The notes: generated by a model from the letters alone, not told the origin. Shown: positions 37,616 through 51,179, numbered from the stretch's first letter. The stretch: 64,000 bases of DNA from Antedon mediterranea (GCF_964355755.1 NC_092671.1:18786001-18850000); one strand, 5' to 3'. A program made the numbers and translations.

Positions 37616-39215
37616 TTAGTTTAGTTTAGTTTAGTTATAATGGGAAAGTTTAGGCGATGTGCCTTTTTAAACCCCATATCAACTACATTGTGTCGATGCG
37701 ATTCTTGAAGGTATTAGCGGTCTCAGAATTGACAACGTCGGCTGGTAAACTGTTCCAATGGTTTATTACTCGTTGCGAGAAGGTATGTCTTCTACAGTTC
37801 AATCCTTTATGGAAAGTAGGCTTGAAAAATCTCAGGTGATGCCCTCGAGTAATTCTGCTAATGTTACTTCTCATTTGGAAAAAGTCATCCTTGGCTACAC
37901 CCTCGAAACCTTTAACAATTTTATATGCTTCAATCAGGTCACCTCGAATTCTTCTGTCATACAAGGTTGTTAGGCCAAGAAACTTTAAACGATCTTCATA
38001 TGAATATGAACGGATACATGGAACTAATTTAGTCGCACGACGTTGTACTCTTTCAATTACATTTATGTCCTTTTGAAGATACGGATTCCATACTTGAACA
38101 CAAAATTCGAGATGTGGGCGTACATAATGCTTGTAGATGACGTTAAAACAATCCTTATCCATATATACGAAAGTCCTTCTGATGCTTCTTAAACAGTTCA
38201 TGGCCCGCTGAGATACTTTGGCGCAGTGTTGGCTTGGTTTACAGTCATTAGTAATTAGTACTCCTAGGTCCTTTATTTTCTCAACTGTTTCCAGTTCAAC
38301 TTCATCTATTTGGTATTTAAAATGAACATTTGAATGCCCAAAGTGCATCACCATGCATTTGCTTTTATTAAAAGCCAACATCCATTCTTTACTCCACTGC
38401 AGTGCATTGTTTAAAGATTCTTGTAATAATTGCCCATCATTTCTGTTGTTAACTACTGAGTAGATCTTTGTATCATCAGCAAATAGCTTTATATGACTAG
38501 ACACATACTTTGGTAGGTCATTTATATATAATGCAAACAATGTAGGGCCCAACACCGAGCCTTGTGGAACTCCACTAATTACATCAGCCCAACTGGAAGA
38601 AGCATGACGCACTTTGACTCTTTGTTGTCTGTTATCAAGAAAATCTTTAATCCATAATAACAATTGACCTTTGATTCCATAGCTCTCCAATTTCATGAGT
38701 AATCTCCTATGAGGAACGCTGTCGAAAGCTTTACTATAGTCCAAAAATATGACATCAACATTATTGTTGTCATCCAAAGCCTTAGTAACATCTTCCATAA
38801 ATTCTAAAAGATTTGTCAGACATGATTTCTTCTCAACAAAACCATGTTGCTCTGTTGTTAGTATTGCATTGTTCTTAACATGTCGTAGTATGTTGTTACG
38901 AATAATATGTTCAAAGATCTTGCAAATAATACATGTTAGGCTTATCGGTCGATAATTGGACGCTTGTGATTTGCTGCCTTTCTTAAAGATCGGAGAGACA
39001 TCAGCTCGTTTCCATATTTTTGGTAGTTTACCTTCCTCTGTAGACTTCTTGAATAAAAAATACAAGGGTTCTGATAACTCCTCAGCACACTTGTTAAGTA
39101 GACATGGATGGATGTTGTCTGGACCAGGACTTTTATCGATTTTCAAACCTCGGAGTTGCTTAAAAACATCTTCTTGGGAGAACTCAATATTTTCAACTGA
39201 TTTGTCACAAGTATC
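37616..39215 (-). mobile_element. 5'-truncated CR1 LINE
   Basis: Open RT ORF, short 3' UTR and (AACTA)n tail at 37616-37637. Confidence 0.93.
37683..39146 (-). CDS. CR1 ORF2 reverse transcriptase (partial, uninterrupted 487 aa)
   Basis: KSPGPDNIHP, NYRPISLT, QHGF, DYSKAFD, GVPQGSVLGP, LFADD, RGDLIE, WNSLP. Confidence 0.93.
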   Translation of the reverse strand: MKIDKSPGPDNIHPCLLNKCAEELSEPLYFLFKKSTEEGKLPKIWKRADVSPIFKKGSKSQASNYRPISLTCIICKIFEHIIRNNILRHVKNNAILTTEQHGFVEKKSCLTNLLEFMEDVTKALDDNNNVDVIFLDYSKAFDSVPHRRLLMKLESYGIKGQLLLWIKDFLDNRQQRVKVRHASSSWADVISGVPQGSVLGPTLFALYINDLPKYVSSHIKLFADDTKIYSVVNNRNDGQLLQESLNNALQWSKEWMLAFNKSKCMVMHFGHSNVHFKYQIDEVELETVEKIKDLGVLITNDCKPSQHCAKVSQRAMNCLRSIRRTFVYMDKDCFNVIYKHYVRPHLEFCVQVWNPYLQKDINVIERVQRRATKLVPCIRSYSYEDRLKFLGLTTLYDRRIRGDLIEAYKIVKGFEGVAKDDFFQMRSNISRITRGHHLRFFKPTFHKGLNCRRHTFSQRVINHWNSLPADVVNSETANTFKNRIDTM

Positions 39216-40276
39216 ATAATTAATTAAATGGAGGTCTTTGAACTAAAAGTAAATAACTATTGAATACAATGTTTTACCAATGTCATTAATTGAACATTCA
39301 TTTCAAAATACAACATAAACAATGTGCAAGAAAATTTAAATTCAGTATATAGTGAAAAATGTATAAGTGGCAAAACAACCAATCGATTTAATATTATCAC
39401 ATCAAATTGTTTCCTTTTACTAATGTATTTGTGTATTATATATTTGTTTATTTTTAATCAAAATCATTTTTTGAAACATTAATAAGGCAATAAATCATCT
39501 ACAGTACAATTACATAATAATTAATAATACTTAAATGCGCTGCCTTTCGCTGATGTAATTTGTTTATGCAATGCTTTCTCAGCATAGAAAAGGTGGGTTT
39601 TGTGCTCTAAGTTGATTTACTCGTGTTTTAAAAGTTGCCAAAGTTAACAATTCAGTCACATTGAATGTGTCTCTCCTTGTGTATACAAGTGTTCAAAGAG
39701 CAGGGTTGCATCACGACCTCAATACTCTGACTGTAGGTATTTAATGCAAACTAATTTACAATATTATCTGTTAATTTTGGTATATTTAATAAATAAAAAC
39801 TACACATTTTGTATATTAATTGGTTACTGTGTGTCGACGTTTGTACAGTTTTCTAATTTTTCATTCTATTAGGCCTTTTCTCCTTTTTAGCAATTTATAG
39901 TACGATGTATCTATAGAGGGACAATTCATATGTGTGTAATTCATTTGAATTCTGCAATTGTATGAAACCGAATAAAGCTTCGTGGAAAGTTGGTAAAATC
40001 TAAGGAAGGAAAATGAAGGAAGGATTCACAAAGGCGCGCGCGGTCAAGATAGAAACTATATCTCAGTGCAATAAATCTGCTTGTGGAAAATAATGCTTCA
40101 TCGTTTTTCTTAAATTCTTGAGGCTGATAAGTTACAGTTGTTCTTTACAGAATTATGAAAAGCAAAAACAAAATTTAAATTGTACTCGTGAAATGCCGCG
40201 GCCGTCGGCGGGATACGAGTGTCGCGAGGATAGCTACTTCAGATGTATTATCTGAAGTGGTATATTATTTTATTAG

Positions 40277-40337
40277 TCGTCGTCGGCGCCGCCGCCGCCG
40301 CCGTCGTCGTCGTCGTCGCCACCTTCGTCGTCGTCGT
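40277..40337. repeat. (CGT/CGC)n microsatellite
   Basis: Direct reading; explains the poly-R ORF. Confidence 0.9.
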
Positions 40338-40691
40338 ATTACAATTGTATATTATAACGCAGGCTTAGTAAAATACTGTATTTGAATATCACATCTAGGC
40401 CTACATAATCCTGGCGGCACCACTGTACTTACGTCTGCTGCCGATAACAGTAGGCTACGTACAATTCTTTTGGCGCTAATTTAGTATTCGTACCCAACCC
40501 TTAAAATTACTCAAAATGTTTCAATTATACTTCATCCAACCTACTCACGGGTTGTCTACAACATCCTGTAAGAAAAAAAAATTTTAATCAATAATTGAGT
40601 ACCTTCAGAAATCAATGACGGTTGTCACGTAATGTTTTGTAATTTCATATAGACAGTTTGTCTGAAATAAAGTTGAATGTAATTGAATTAA

Positions 40692-41550
40692 AGAGGCCGT
40701 GCATATTTCATGAATACAGTACTCATGATGCCCTGCATGGCGAGGTCATGACGTCATATTTCCAAAACACACCTGCTGCAAGTTTCGAAGGAGGAGCGAT
40801 AGAAGAGCGCCGTGAAGTTGGTTACTAATTCTTATTCGTCATAGCAAACACTATCTATATATATTTCAAAGATATATAGATATAGTGTAGTAGGGCTAGG
40901 TCAAAATCAAGAAATTGATAGTTCACCGGGGTATATGCCATGCACCACCAACCAATCTAGAGTAGACTTCCTCCTACTGTTTTATTAGTTATTATCGGAC
41001 ATTCGTCTAGGCCTAAGGCCTGGAAGTTGGTTCATTATTTCGGCTAGGCCAAAATCTTGATAGGGGTAAATATGCCATGCGCCACCCAACCAATCTAATG
41101 TAGACGTAGGCTTCTTTTACCACAAATGTACATTTTAAAGTTGTGATACGCCACATCCACGGTCGTTCACCATAGAGATTGGCGTAAAAAAGTATTGGCA
41201 ATCCAGAAATGTGCCACTTGGGCCGGCCCAATGCGGGAAAGTAGGTATTTTAAAGCAATTTATAGTGCGGATAGTCGGAAAACCATAGGTCTTGGTTAAA
41301 TATTAAAGCAGTATGTACATTTGAAGGGTGCGCAACATATGTATTTAGTAGTATTCTATATAGTCCAGGAGTATTAGACTTTGAGGTAGAAATAAATATG
41401 CTAAAGCTGAAAATTTCAGGATAGGTCCCTAATGTTGTCTGAAACAACATACTAAAAGTCCCCGGGTTTCCCCGTTGTGCAATACAATAATACGTTTTCC
41501 CAACCAAGAAAACGTAATTCTTAAGTGCCAAATCCTGTACCATGACCTCT
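40692..41550. mobile_element. possible TTAA-flanked non-autonomous DNA transposon
   Basis: TTAAAGAGGCCGTG ... CATGACCTCTTAA short imperfect TIR. Confidence 0.4.
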
Positions 41551-41949
41551 TAAGAAAGGGTCAAAGGTCCGTTTCTGTTTAAAAAAAAAATTGATTATGC
41601 ATAGGCCTACTGAAGAAAATTATAAAATATTTATTTTTAGTATCTTCCTTAAATGGCAACTTCTGTCAACTAATTTCAGAAAGCTGGTAATTAGCATATT
41701 AATTAGCATGACTATATATGCTATAAACTTATACATACTTATAGACTAACACATTGTAAATAGGCCTACAGGTAAGAAAACAATCTTGTTTTTATTTAGT
41801 AATCTACTAATTTATAAGCTTAGGCCTTACAGTTTAACTAGTTTACAATAATAACTAGAGCCTTTTAGTCCACTTGGCTTGTGATAATAAGAAACTAACT
41901 AGAGCCTGTACATAAGTTGGGGACCCCTTAATGAAACGTCACAAAATAA

Positions 41950-42330
41950 ACATGAATAATTCATCAGTTAAATTTTCTTGTTCCGTGTGCACCCAAGCGT
42001 ATAGCAACAAGAAGTGGCGCCAGATATATAATTAGAAGCATTTTTGCAGAATATGAAATTACGGATGTTTGTTGGGTTGGCTAAGACAATAATATTACGA
42101 TAGCTCGAATAAGAAAGGATGAGTTAAGGATAATAGGTTTTGAGAATACTAGAGGGGAGGAAGGAAGATAACTTAGATAGGATTCAAAGAAACACTTTTT
42201 TTCTCATTTTCTTAGAGAGTTTCCATGATGAGAGGCTGTTATTAATGATTAACCCAATGAAATTTAATAGATTTAACTGATGGGATTTCATAGTTTTCAA
42301 TAAAGTTTTAAGTATGGACACATCATTATT
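41950..42330 (-). mobile_element. heavily decayed LINE RT C-terminal remnant
   Basis: Frameshifted SIKF..GLII.NNSLS.W ... LSSFLPSSILKTYY pattern. Confidence 0.4.
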
Positions 42331-42519
42331 ATAACTCCAAATAAGATGTTATGATTGGGTTAAGGGAGAGTTTGTTAGGAGCAAAGTAGTGGGACAAGGA
42401 GATAACATTATTACAGTATAATTAGTAGTAAGGGTGTCAAAAGAGTTTGAATGTTTTGATACAGTGGTATGCATCCGCGTAACGAAAAATAAATTTTGAG
42501 GAGCGCGGTGAACATCAGC

Positions 42520-43130
42520 GATGTAAAGAGTGAAACGAGGCATCAGGCACTGATATTGCAGTCATCCTGATGTATCAGCGTGGTTAGATGTTGGAAGAAA
42601 AACCGTAGATACATCAGCAACACCAATGTGTACGAGTTACTTTGACATTAGATGTGTGTGTCGCGCTACCATGATTCCATGCCTTTTACGGGTGGACTAT
42701 CCCAGTTCATTTCTTCGTAAAGGAAAGGCCAGACCCAACAAGTTTTTGAAGAGCTAACTAAAAATATGTACAAAGTCAAAATAATTAGAAGATTCATAAA
42801 ATTAATATCGCAATCATTATAAAGATCCATGAAGTAAACACCAATTTGACACTAAACAAACATAGATAGAAGATCTTTAAACAATCTTAACAGACCAAAA
42901 TCATCATCAAACAATCCATTGGAAAAGCTGAAAACATTAAATAGCAGTTCCATTCCACTGTATGAGGCAGAATCGAGCTATTTTTGTTACAAAAATGTGT
43001 GAAAATGCTGATGTTTGTGAACACCCATATATCAAACGGCTGGGATCTGGAAAGTGGATATGACATGAAGGAACCCAGATGCCAGACCAGGAGAAAATGT
43101 GATGAATGATAACGACGTTGACAATGCAGT
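42520..43130 (+). mobile_element. decayed Academ-like (XPG/PIN-domain) transposase remnant
   Basis: TDIAVILM..WLDVGRK..ALP*FHAF.G.DYPSSFLRKGKARP, later NRAIFV..NGWDLE..QMP; stops and frameshifts. Confidence 0.5.
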
Positions 43131-43939
43131 CTCTTCTGATTAGTTTGCATGTGATTTGTAGTATGCAACTGACAACAGTTTAAAAAGTGTATCAAAATGA
43201 AACCAACCAATGACAAGCTTGTATCTTATGAAATTTTATCTTGCGTGAAAGGTCATTTTGATTCAATACAACTGGTAAAGGCTATACATTACTATATGTA
43301 GAACATTTGTATTAAAGCTCAGGTACAGGCATGAATTTAAATATAATATTTGGTTAATTGTACATAAATAAAATATTTGTAACAGAAATCAAGACGAAAA
43401 AATATGAATTTCCCTTAATATGGTCAAATACAAAATTTGGCAAAATTCTTCTATAAAAACCAAGAAGACTTTTTTTCAGTAGTTAGGTAGTTAACCTAAT
43501 GTAATAACATGTCTGGTGACTCCCTAGAAGGTGAAAAAAGATGGTGGATATACGGTGGATAATTTTTGCTATAGCATGAAAATAACCAATAAACCAATAA
43601 CCAAGTTACTACATACATTTTTGTTATGTAATTGATGATAGAAAAAAAATCAATGCCAACCAAAATCCAACGTTAATTTAACGTTGAAACATCGATATCT
43701 ACGTGCATAAAAGCAACCTAAAAGCACATGTCATTTTAACCAAAAATAATAAATGGAATTTAACTTTAATTTAAATAGGCCTAACGTTGATAAACAAACG
43801 TAATATTGGTTAAAAACACTACAAAACATCAACCTTTATTCAATGTTTATTATTATTAATATATTTTGTTAGAGTTTAATGAGCATGGCGAGGTATGAAA
43901 TAAAATGTTATCCCAAGGTATGAGACTGATGTAAGTCTG

Positions 43940-45296
43940 AGATTATCGGATGATATCATAAAATTAAAAGTTTCTGATATCAGAATTATATCATTGTATT
44001 ACAGTATATCATTAGTATGAGAAGTTTCTGAAATTTAGCCTACGCCTACTGATATCTAAATTATATTATGTATATGATATCATTGTGTGAGAATTGCCGA
44101 TATCAAACTGATATCTGAATTTTATCATATTGTATGATATCATTTGTATAATAAGTTGCCGATATCAGACTGATATCTGAGTTTTTTCATATTTTATGAT
44201 ATCATTTGTGTAAGAAGTTGCCGATATCAGACTTATACCTGAGTTATATCATATTGTATATCATTTGTGTAAGAAGTTGCCGATATCAGACTGATATCTA
44301 AGTTATATCATATTATATGATATCATTGTGTGAGAGGTTGCCGATATCAGACTGATATCTAAGTTATATCATATTGTATGATATCATTAGTGTGAGAAGT
44401 TGCCGATATCGGACTGATATCTTAGTTATATCATAATATTGTATGATATCAATGTGTAAGAAGTTTCCGATATCAGACTGATATCTTAGTTATATCATAA
44501 GTATGATATCATTTGTATAAGAAGTTGCCGATATCAGACTGATATCTAAGTTATATCATCAGTATGATATCATTTGTGTAAGAAGTTGCCGATATCAGAC
44601 TGATATCTTAGTTATATCATATTGTATGATATAACTGTGTGAGAGGTTGCCGATATCAGACTGATATCTGAGTTATATCATAATGTATGATATCATTTGT
44701 GTGAGATGTTGTCGGTGGTATCAGACTGATATTTTAGTTATATCATATTGTATGATATCATTGTGTAAGAAGTTGCCGATATCAGACTGATATCTTAGTT
44801 ATATCATATTGTATGATATCATTGTGTGAGAAATTGCCGATATCAGACTGATATCTGAGTTATATCATATTGTATGATATCATTGTGTGAGAAATTGCCG
44901 ATATCAGACTGATATCTGAGTTATATCATATTGTATGATATCATTGTGTAAGAAGTTGCCGATATCAGACTGATATCTAAGTTATATCATATTGTATGAT
45001 ATCAAAGTGTGATAAGTTTCTTAAATCAGACTGATATCTGAGTTTTACCATATTGTATGACATCAAAGTATGATAAGTTTCTGATATCAGAATGATATCT
45101 CAATTATATCATATTGTTTGATATCATTAGTGTGAGTATTTTTTTATATCAGACTGATATCTGAGTTGTATCATGTGTATGATATCATTAGTGTGAAAAG
45201 TTTTTGATATCAGACTGATATCTTAATTGTATCACATGTACGATATCAGTCGTGTGAGATGTTTCTGATATCATAGTGATATGTGGTTTATATCAT
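43940..45296. repeat. about 61-bp minisatellite, about 22 copies
   Basis: Unit GATATCAGACTGATATCTGAGTTATATCATATTGTATGATATCATTGTGTGAGAAGTTGCC; degenerate at both edges. Confidence 0.95.
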
Positions 45297-45689
45297 GTCT
45301 TGACTGGGTTTAATTCTCCTATGGTCCAATCACTTTCCTCTCTAAAACTAATTTGCATATTTAAAAAAAGGGGTGGGGGACGGGGAGGATGGAGAGAAAA
45401 GTGTGTGGACGATGATCAATAAAAAGAAAATGGCAGTCAAAACAAAAACAAGTAAATGAATATTAGACCTAGGCCTAGGCCTAGACTAATTTGTATGAGG
45501 ATCAAGTAAAATAGGTCTAGCCTAGATGCTACTAACAAACCAACATTCTGTGTAGGCCTAAACCTGTCTGTATTGAGGCATATGCATCCGAGGGAGGTTA
45601 CTGGGCAGACCAACAGGGGGCATAGCATCTCTACCTAGCCTAGGCCTAGCCTACTACTAGAATGGGGGATAATTTGTGTGTTTCGAAAC

Positions 45690-46013
45690 TAGAGACCCGA
45701 GACCAGAGACCAGAGACCCGAGACCCAATACGAAAAGGGAGACCCCACTATACGAAAAGGGAGACCCCATTATACGAAAAGGGAGACCCCAAATATACGA
45801 AAAGGGAGACCCAAATATACGAAAAGGGAGACCCAAATATACGAAAACGGAGACCCAAATATACGAAAAGGGAGACCCAAATATACGAAAAGGGAGACCC
45901 AAATATACGAAAAGGGAGACCCAAATATACGAATAAGGAGATCCAAATATACGAAAAGGGAGACCCAAATATACGAAAAGGGAGACCCATATATATGAAA
46001 AGGGAGACCCAAA
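45690..46013. repeat. 22-bp minisatellite preceded by 7-bp GAGACCM repeats
   Basis: Unit CCAAATATACGAAAAGGGAGAC, about 13 copies; explains the overlapping periodic ORFs. Confidence 0.95.
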
Positions 46014-46229
46014 TGTTCGATAACTTAAATACGTCAATTTACTGGTTTTTTTTACTTTATGGTTATCTGCTCATGGCGTTATTGTCAGAACGGTTTCTGC
46101 CATTTTGGTGTATCGCTTTTCACAAAAACTTACAAACAAAATATTACCATGATGCTGTTTACAGTTGCGCAACGTTTCATGAATTTTTCGTATTTTATCA
46201 GAATGAGAATTTTGAATTTATGAGAATAG

Positions 46230-46770
46230 GTTACTCCTGCGTAAATGTCAGGCGGGATGCTGTAAGGCAAAACCAATTTAGTATGGGCTGATAAAGAAAA
46301 GGAGCGAAGAAAGGCAATGAAAGGTTGGAACAACTTACACTTAGATTCATGTAGCATTAAGATGGAATTGATTGGTGATTTAATCCTTCAGTTGCCTCCC
46401 ACCAAAGGGAAGTCAGAGAAGGAATGATCAGATGAGTAAGAAAGGTGTTGGATTGTTAAAGCAGACAATAAAACTAAATGATAAAGGTGAAGGTGGAGGC
46501 GATTGTTAACGGAAGGTCATTGACATTGCCTACTTGACGATGTTGATGGAGCGGCAGAAATGGTTTAAAGGTTGTGGAAATGTGGATGTAGGAGACATTG
46601 TTATAATTGCGGAGAATTACCCAAGAGGATAGTGGCCAATGGCTAGAGAGTGTTGGAAGTTTATACAGGATGCAAAATGACTGGTGAGATCCGGTTAAGC
46701 TGAGAACCGCAAGCGCTGAAATGGTACGGCCTATCACGAAGTTTATTGTGATTCTGGAAGCAGTAGAGTC
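46230..46770 (+). mobile_element. BEL/Pao LTR retrotransposon integrase C-terminal remnant
   Basis: YLTMLMERQKW...VGDIVII...PRG*WPMAR..EVY.G...VRSVKLRT...RPITKFIVILE (DUF5641-type pattern), with stops and frameshifts. Confidence 0.85.
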
Positions 46771-47050
46771 AGTAGATCAGATGCTATATAATAGATTGTT
46801 CAATTGTTATCGCATTATGTTATTGTTATTATTGTTAACTATTTTGCAAATGCTTTAATTTAGTATAGCATTAGAAGAAGAACTAGTTTGACGTATATTT
46901 AAGAGGGCGCATTATATAATATAAGAAAATGACGTCAGATTAGGGTCATATGCTAGGAGGCATTTGAGAGAACAGGATGTATGATCACAACTAGTAGTGA
47001 TTTCAATTACAGTATATGATATTGACAATGTATTGTTTGATTTTTTTTAG

Positions 47051-47107
47051 ATTTATCTGAATGTTGATGTACTGGCGATAGTGTCGATAGTGACTTTGCT
47101 TATTTCG
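47051..47107 (+). other. candidate non-coding 5' exon of paralogue B
   Basis: ttttttttag|...TTCG|gtaagc; upstream donor-like GTATGA near 46979 and TGACGTCA at 46930. Confidence 0.35.
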
Positions 47108-48870
47108 GTAAGCGTAATTCTGCTACTTTTTTTGATTAATAACTCGTACGAATAAGATTTAATGGTTTTGAAGTTCAATTGACACGCCGTTAATTTTGGC
47201 TATACGTACCTGTTTTAATCTTAATTTCTCATTTGCTATTAATAATTCATAGTTATTGTTACTATACTGCCTTAAGCACCTGCATACGATTGTTATAAAA
47301 ATCTTCAAACAACTGAGATAGTTATAATCATAACTTTATAGCTATATATTAATTTGTTATTGACTAGCGTGTAGCTGTTGTTTATTATGTTATAGGAATG
47401 TTATCCGTTTCTAAGACGACAGGGGTTCGGTATTTTTATTAGTTTAGGGATCGTCTTTTATATTCCTTTGTTTTAACTTAATACAAAACTTTCAGTTATA
47501 GGATGTTCTAATGTTTTTTTTTTGTTAGTAATCTGATTCACATTTAAGCAACAGGAGCACGTTGATATCACTCGCATTAATTTTAGGACAGTTACAATTA
47601 TTAATTGTGTATTTAAGATAATTATTATTTTGGCATTCTCAACACAAGTTTCAATTAATTTTACTTATTATTTACTGTATTTCTTATAAACATATTAAAC
47701 ACATTGATATAGAATTTGTACAATTTCACAAAAAAAATGTACAAAAAAAGTATTAACTTTGATTTTAATTGTAAGAGATAAATAGGCCTATTAATTTTTT
47801 TTTTTGTGGTCAGTCTAGGTTTACTTAATCCACTTTGTGTAGTATTTTACAATAGATATACATCTTAATTATTGTATTATTATAATTCCAACCAATTGGT
47901 ATACTTGTGTTAGATATTCTAATCTTTATTATTAAATTGTTGTTGCCAAATCCTTTTCCTAGTGACGGTGTTGTACGTTTCAGAAACAAACAAAACACGC
48001 ACAAGTACAGTTTAATTGGTAGGCTTAGCTATTTTTATCTTAACTTTCTTTTCAAAATACTTTTATATTTAAAAATATTACATTGTAAATATTTGTTGAC
48101 AGTGTCATTTGTTGACAAATCAGTGTAAACAAGATTATAAATTGATACACAGAATAATCAGTTGTTTCTAAGTACATTCTTACATTGTGACGGTCACTGT
48201 GTTTATAGTCTATAATTTAAATTATAAAAGTATACCCTGACCTTTTCCGAATTCCATATCACTATAGCAAAGCAACACTTAACACGTACACACGTTGAAA
48301 TTTAAAGGTATCTTACGAACAGTGCAATCACTAATGTACGAAGTGCATACGAGGAGAAGTAACATTGTTCCAAAGCCAACATACTACAGTAGTACCGTTC
48401 ACTAAATTGTAAGTACAATGCATTATTGTCTCATTGTGATATTTATATTTATTCTGCCAGAATGTTTATTATTTATTCGTTTCCCCTCTGAATTTGTCAT
48501 GTTAATTATCCAGATGCGTTGCATCTATCTTAGGGTCTATAACATTTTCATTTATTATCCGTAAGTTTTCACGATGCACAATCAATAATGTGCTGTGACA
48601 TAATTTCGTGAACTGAAGGCTTTTAATTCAGGACCTATCTTCCAAATCAGCCTTTATACACAATTTAATATCACAAAATAATATCATGTAATGTTTTAAA
48701 TAGCACGTTTCATAAATGCCCATGGACCAAGTACATTTTTGCGTAGCAACTTAACAATTTATAGTACTATGCTATACAGGGATTTTCTATAAAGGAGATT
48801 GATAAATAAGATATCGTAATTTGTAAATTTTATCTATAGAATGTTTAGAACTTGTAATCGAGTCCATACT

Positions 48871-48882
48871 ATGGAAGCACCG
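48871..48882 (+). CDS. paralogue B start exon (MEAP)
   Basis: Exon 48840-48882; ATGGAAGCACCG|gtaagt in frame with 49862. Confidence 0.7.
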
Positions 48883-49861
48883 GTAAGTTGTATTTTTTGT
48901 AGAATTATGAGTAACGGCAAGACGTATGTTAACTCACCCATAACAATATAAATGTTTAAGTCTGATCTGACCAAGTTGAATAGTTTTTTTGGGTATATGT
49001 GTGCCCCAGAACGGTCCTAAATAAAGGCTGTCCATACCAGAAAGACATTTCCTGGTAAGAGCCATGATCAATTCATACATCACGTAACTTGGTGATTTAT
49101 GAAAATGTCGGTATCGTGGCCAACTATAATATTATGTATTACGAAAGTGTTTGATGGCCTTACTATAAGCTCCGTTCGTGATTACCTTACATAAATAATC
49201 AATATGCATGCAATGTGCAATTTCACAGACCACAAGTTGCACCAAGTGTACCTGATGCACCAAATGATTGTACTGTACTAATGATCTAGCCACTCAGCGG
49301 CGAAAACGTTTTGCGTACAATATAGAAATAACACTCTAGTGCAAACATTGCACAGTGAACATATTATAGCTTTACTGCGCGATTTGATATTTTTTCGCAC
49401 CATAAGTTGAAACTTAGAGCACCAAACAAACTATTACAATACCACATTTACTACTTTTTATATACGCAACAAAAAATAGTATTTATTATTTATTTATCTT
49501 AAAAATTCATTTATTATGCGGCTGTTATCTGTAAATTATTTTTATATGTTTAAAAAGAATATCTTAACAAATACAATTTGTTGTTATTTCTTCCCAATAT
49601 TTTTAAATATCACGTTGTGATATTTCAGGAAAGGATGAGGAAAATTAATCAATTTGAGATAGCTTTCAAGTTTTCGTAAATCAAAAATATCGTTTTCAAT
49701 CTTTTTTAAAATCAAGTAGCCGATACTAAATCAAAATATGTGTTATAATCTCTAATTACTTTTAGCTTGCCAATACATTTTTTATTGTGCTTTCATTTCT
49801 TGTGACAACATCTTTATATTAATGTATTTTATATACGGAATGTTTGTCTTGCATTTTAAAG

Positions 49862-50072
49862 ATCGTGTTAAATCAGCCAAGTGGAAATAGCCAGTCGGTT
49901 TTCCACTATGATCCAAAGTCCTTACAAGTGATCTACTCCATTCCAGCCGTTCACAAAAATAGCAAAAAGTTGACACAAGAATTGAATAGAACCGTTTCCG
50001 AACTATTGCAAAATGTTGAGATCCTTCGAAGTGAACTCCATGGAAACATAAGTTATGAACAATTTATGGCAG
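49862..50072 (+). CDS. uncharacterised PH/GRAM-like Cys-loop protein, paralogue B exon
   Basis: aag|IVLNQPSG...HYDPKSLQV...ISYEQFMA|gtaagt. Confidence 0.88.
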
Positions 50073-51179
50073 GTAAGTAAGAATCATTATTATTCGGAGT
50101 CCCAACAATAATCGACTAAACGAGTACTGGTCGCCTTTAAAGCTTGATTCTTACACATAGTAGGCCTACAAAGCAATACGAGTATTTCACCAATCACAGA
50201 TGACAGTTCCAATGTTCTCTTGTGATTATTTAACTTAACGTCTTTTATACTTAACCTAGTTTAAACACTGCCCACGTTAAAAAAACTTTTTCAAATTCTT
50301 CTGGAGAAGTTCTTTAAAATTACAGTCTACAGTTTGCTGAAGTTTGTCTGGTATACACTTTGAAACTTTGAACTGTCTTGCCAAACTCGGAGTTTTCTAA
50401 AGTTTGCCAACTAAAGTTTGTGTAGGCTTAGACTCGGCTCTCTAATACTGAAGGCTGTCATATGACTGTAATTTGAATAAAGAGAGTAGATAAAAATACT
50501 GAAGATGAGAACAAATCGGATTATGAACCAAAATAGTAGTACAACCCGCATCCAGGCAAAGTGGAAAGGCAACTTAATCTTCATGAACATGCACATTTGA
50601 AAAGTATGTCAGAAAATTGAAATCAAAGTGAGATATGAATACATACAAGACAAAAAAAATAAAGTTTGGTAGTATAGGATAAGCAAATAGAGTCGGCGTT
50701 TTAAATTGATCATGCGTACTCTTGCATCGTAATCTTTGACATATGCAATTATAAAAACCAGAGTACTAGAGCTTCCAACGAACGTCGGGCTTAACAATTT
50801 TCACGGTATTGCAATTCCTGTTTGGTCTGTTTGTTTGCTAAAGTTGTAGTCCCCTGAGGGGGACACCATCAGGTCCACAAAATGTGTTCTCTTAAAGCCA
50901 ATTTACACATACGAGCGGTAACAGTAAACAGAAAACAAAAATGGAAACACAAATCGCGGAGCAGACGGGCGGTTGATTGGAGACTCGCTCAGGATAGATA
51001 AAGATTCTATGTGGGAAAAGCACGCGATTTTCCGTTTACCGTTTCCGATTTTATAATTTCTTGTCATTATTTATATATTTAATTACGTTACAGATTTCAG
51101 TATTTTGTTTATAAATTGTTTTTCATTTTGTAATAAAACATTGGTTATGAGAAATACCAATTAAATGTATTTTTTATAG

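Noticed and set aside
40188-40385. Poly-arginine, protamine-like ORF
   Set aside because: (CGT/CGC)n microsatellite, non-ATG start, no other support
43940-45296. CRISPR-like appearance of palindromic repeats (also 60438-61602)
   Set aside because: No unique spacers, units are contiguous, eukaryotic context, no cas genes
45657-46291. Long overlapping ORFs on both strands (up to 209 aa)
   Set aside because: Produced by a stop-free 22-bp tandem repeat; the 22-aa period equals three units
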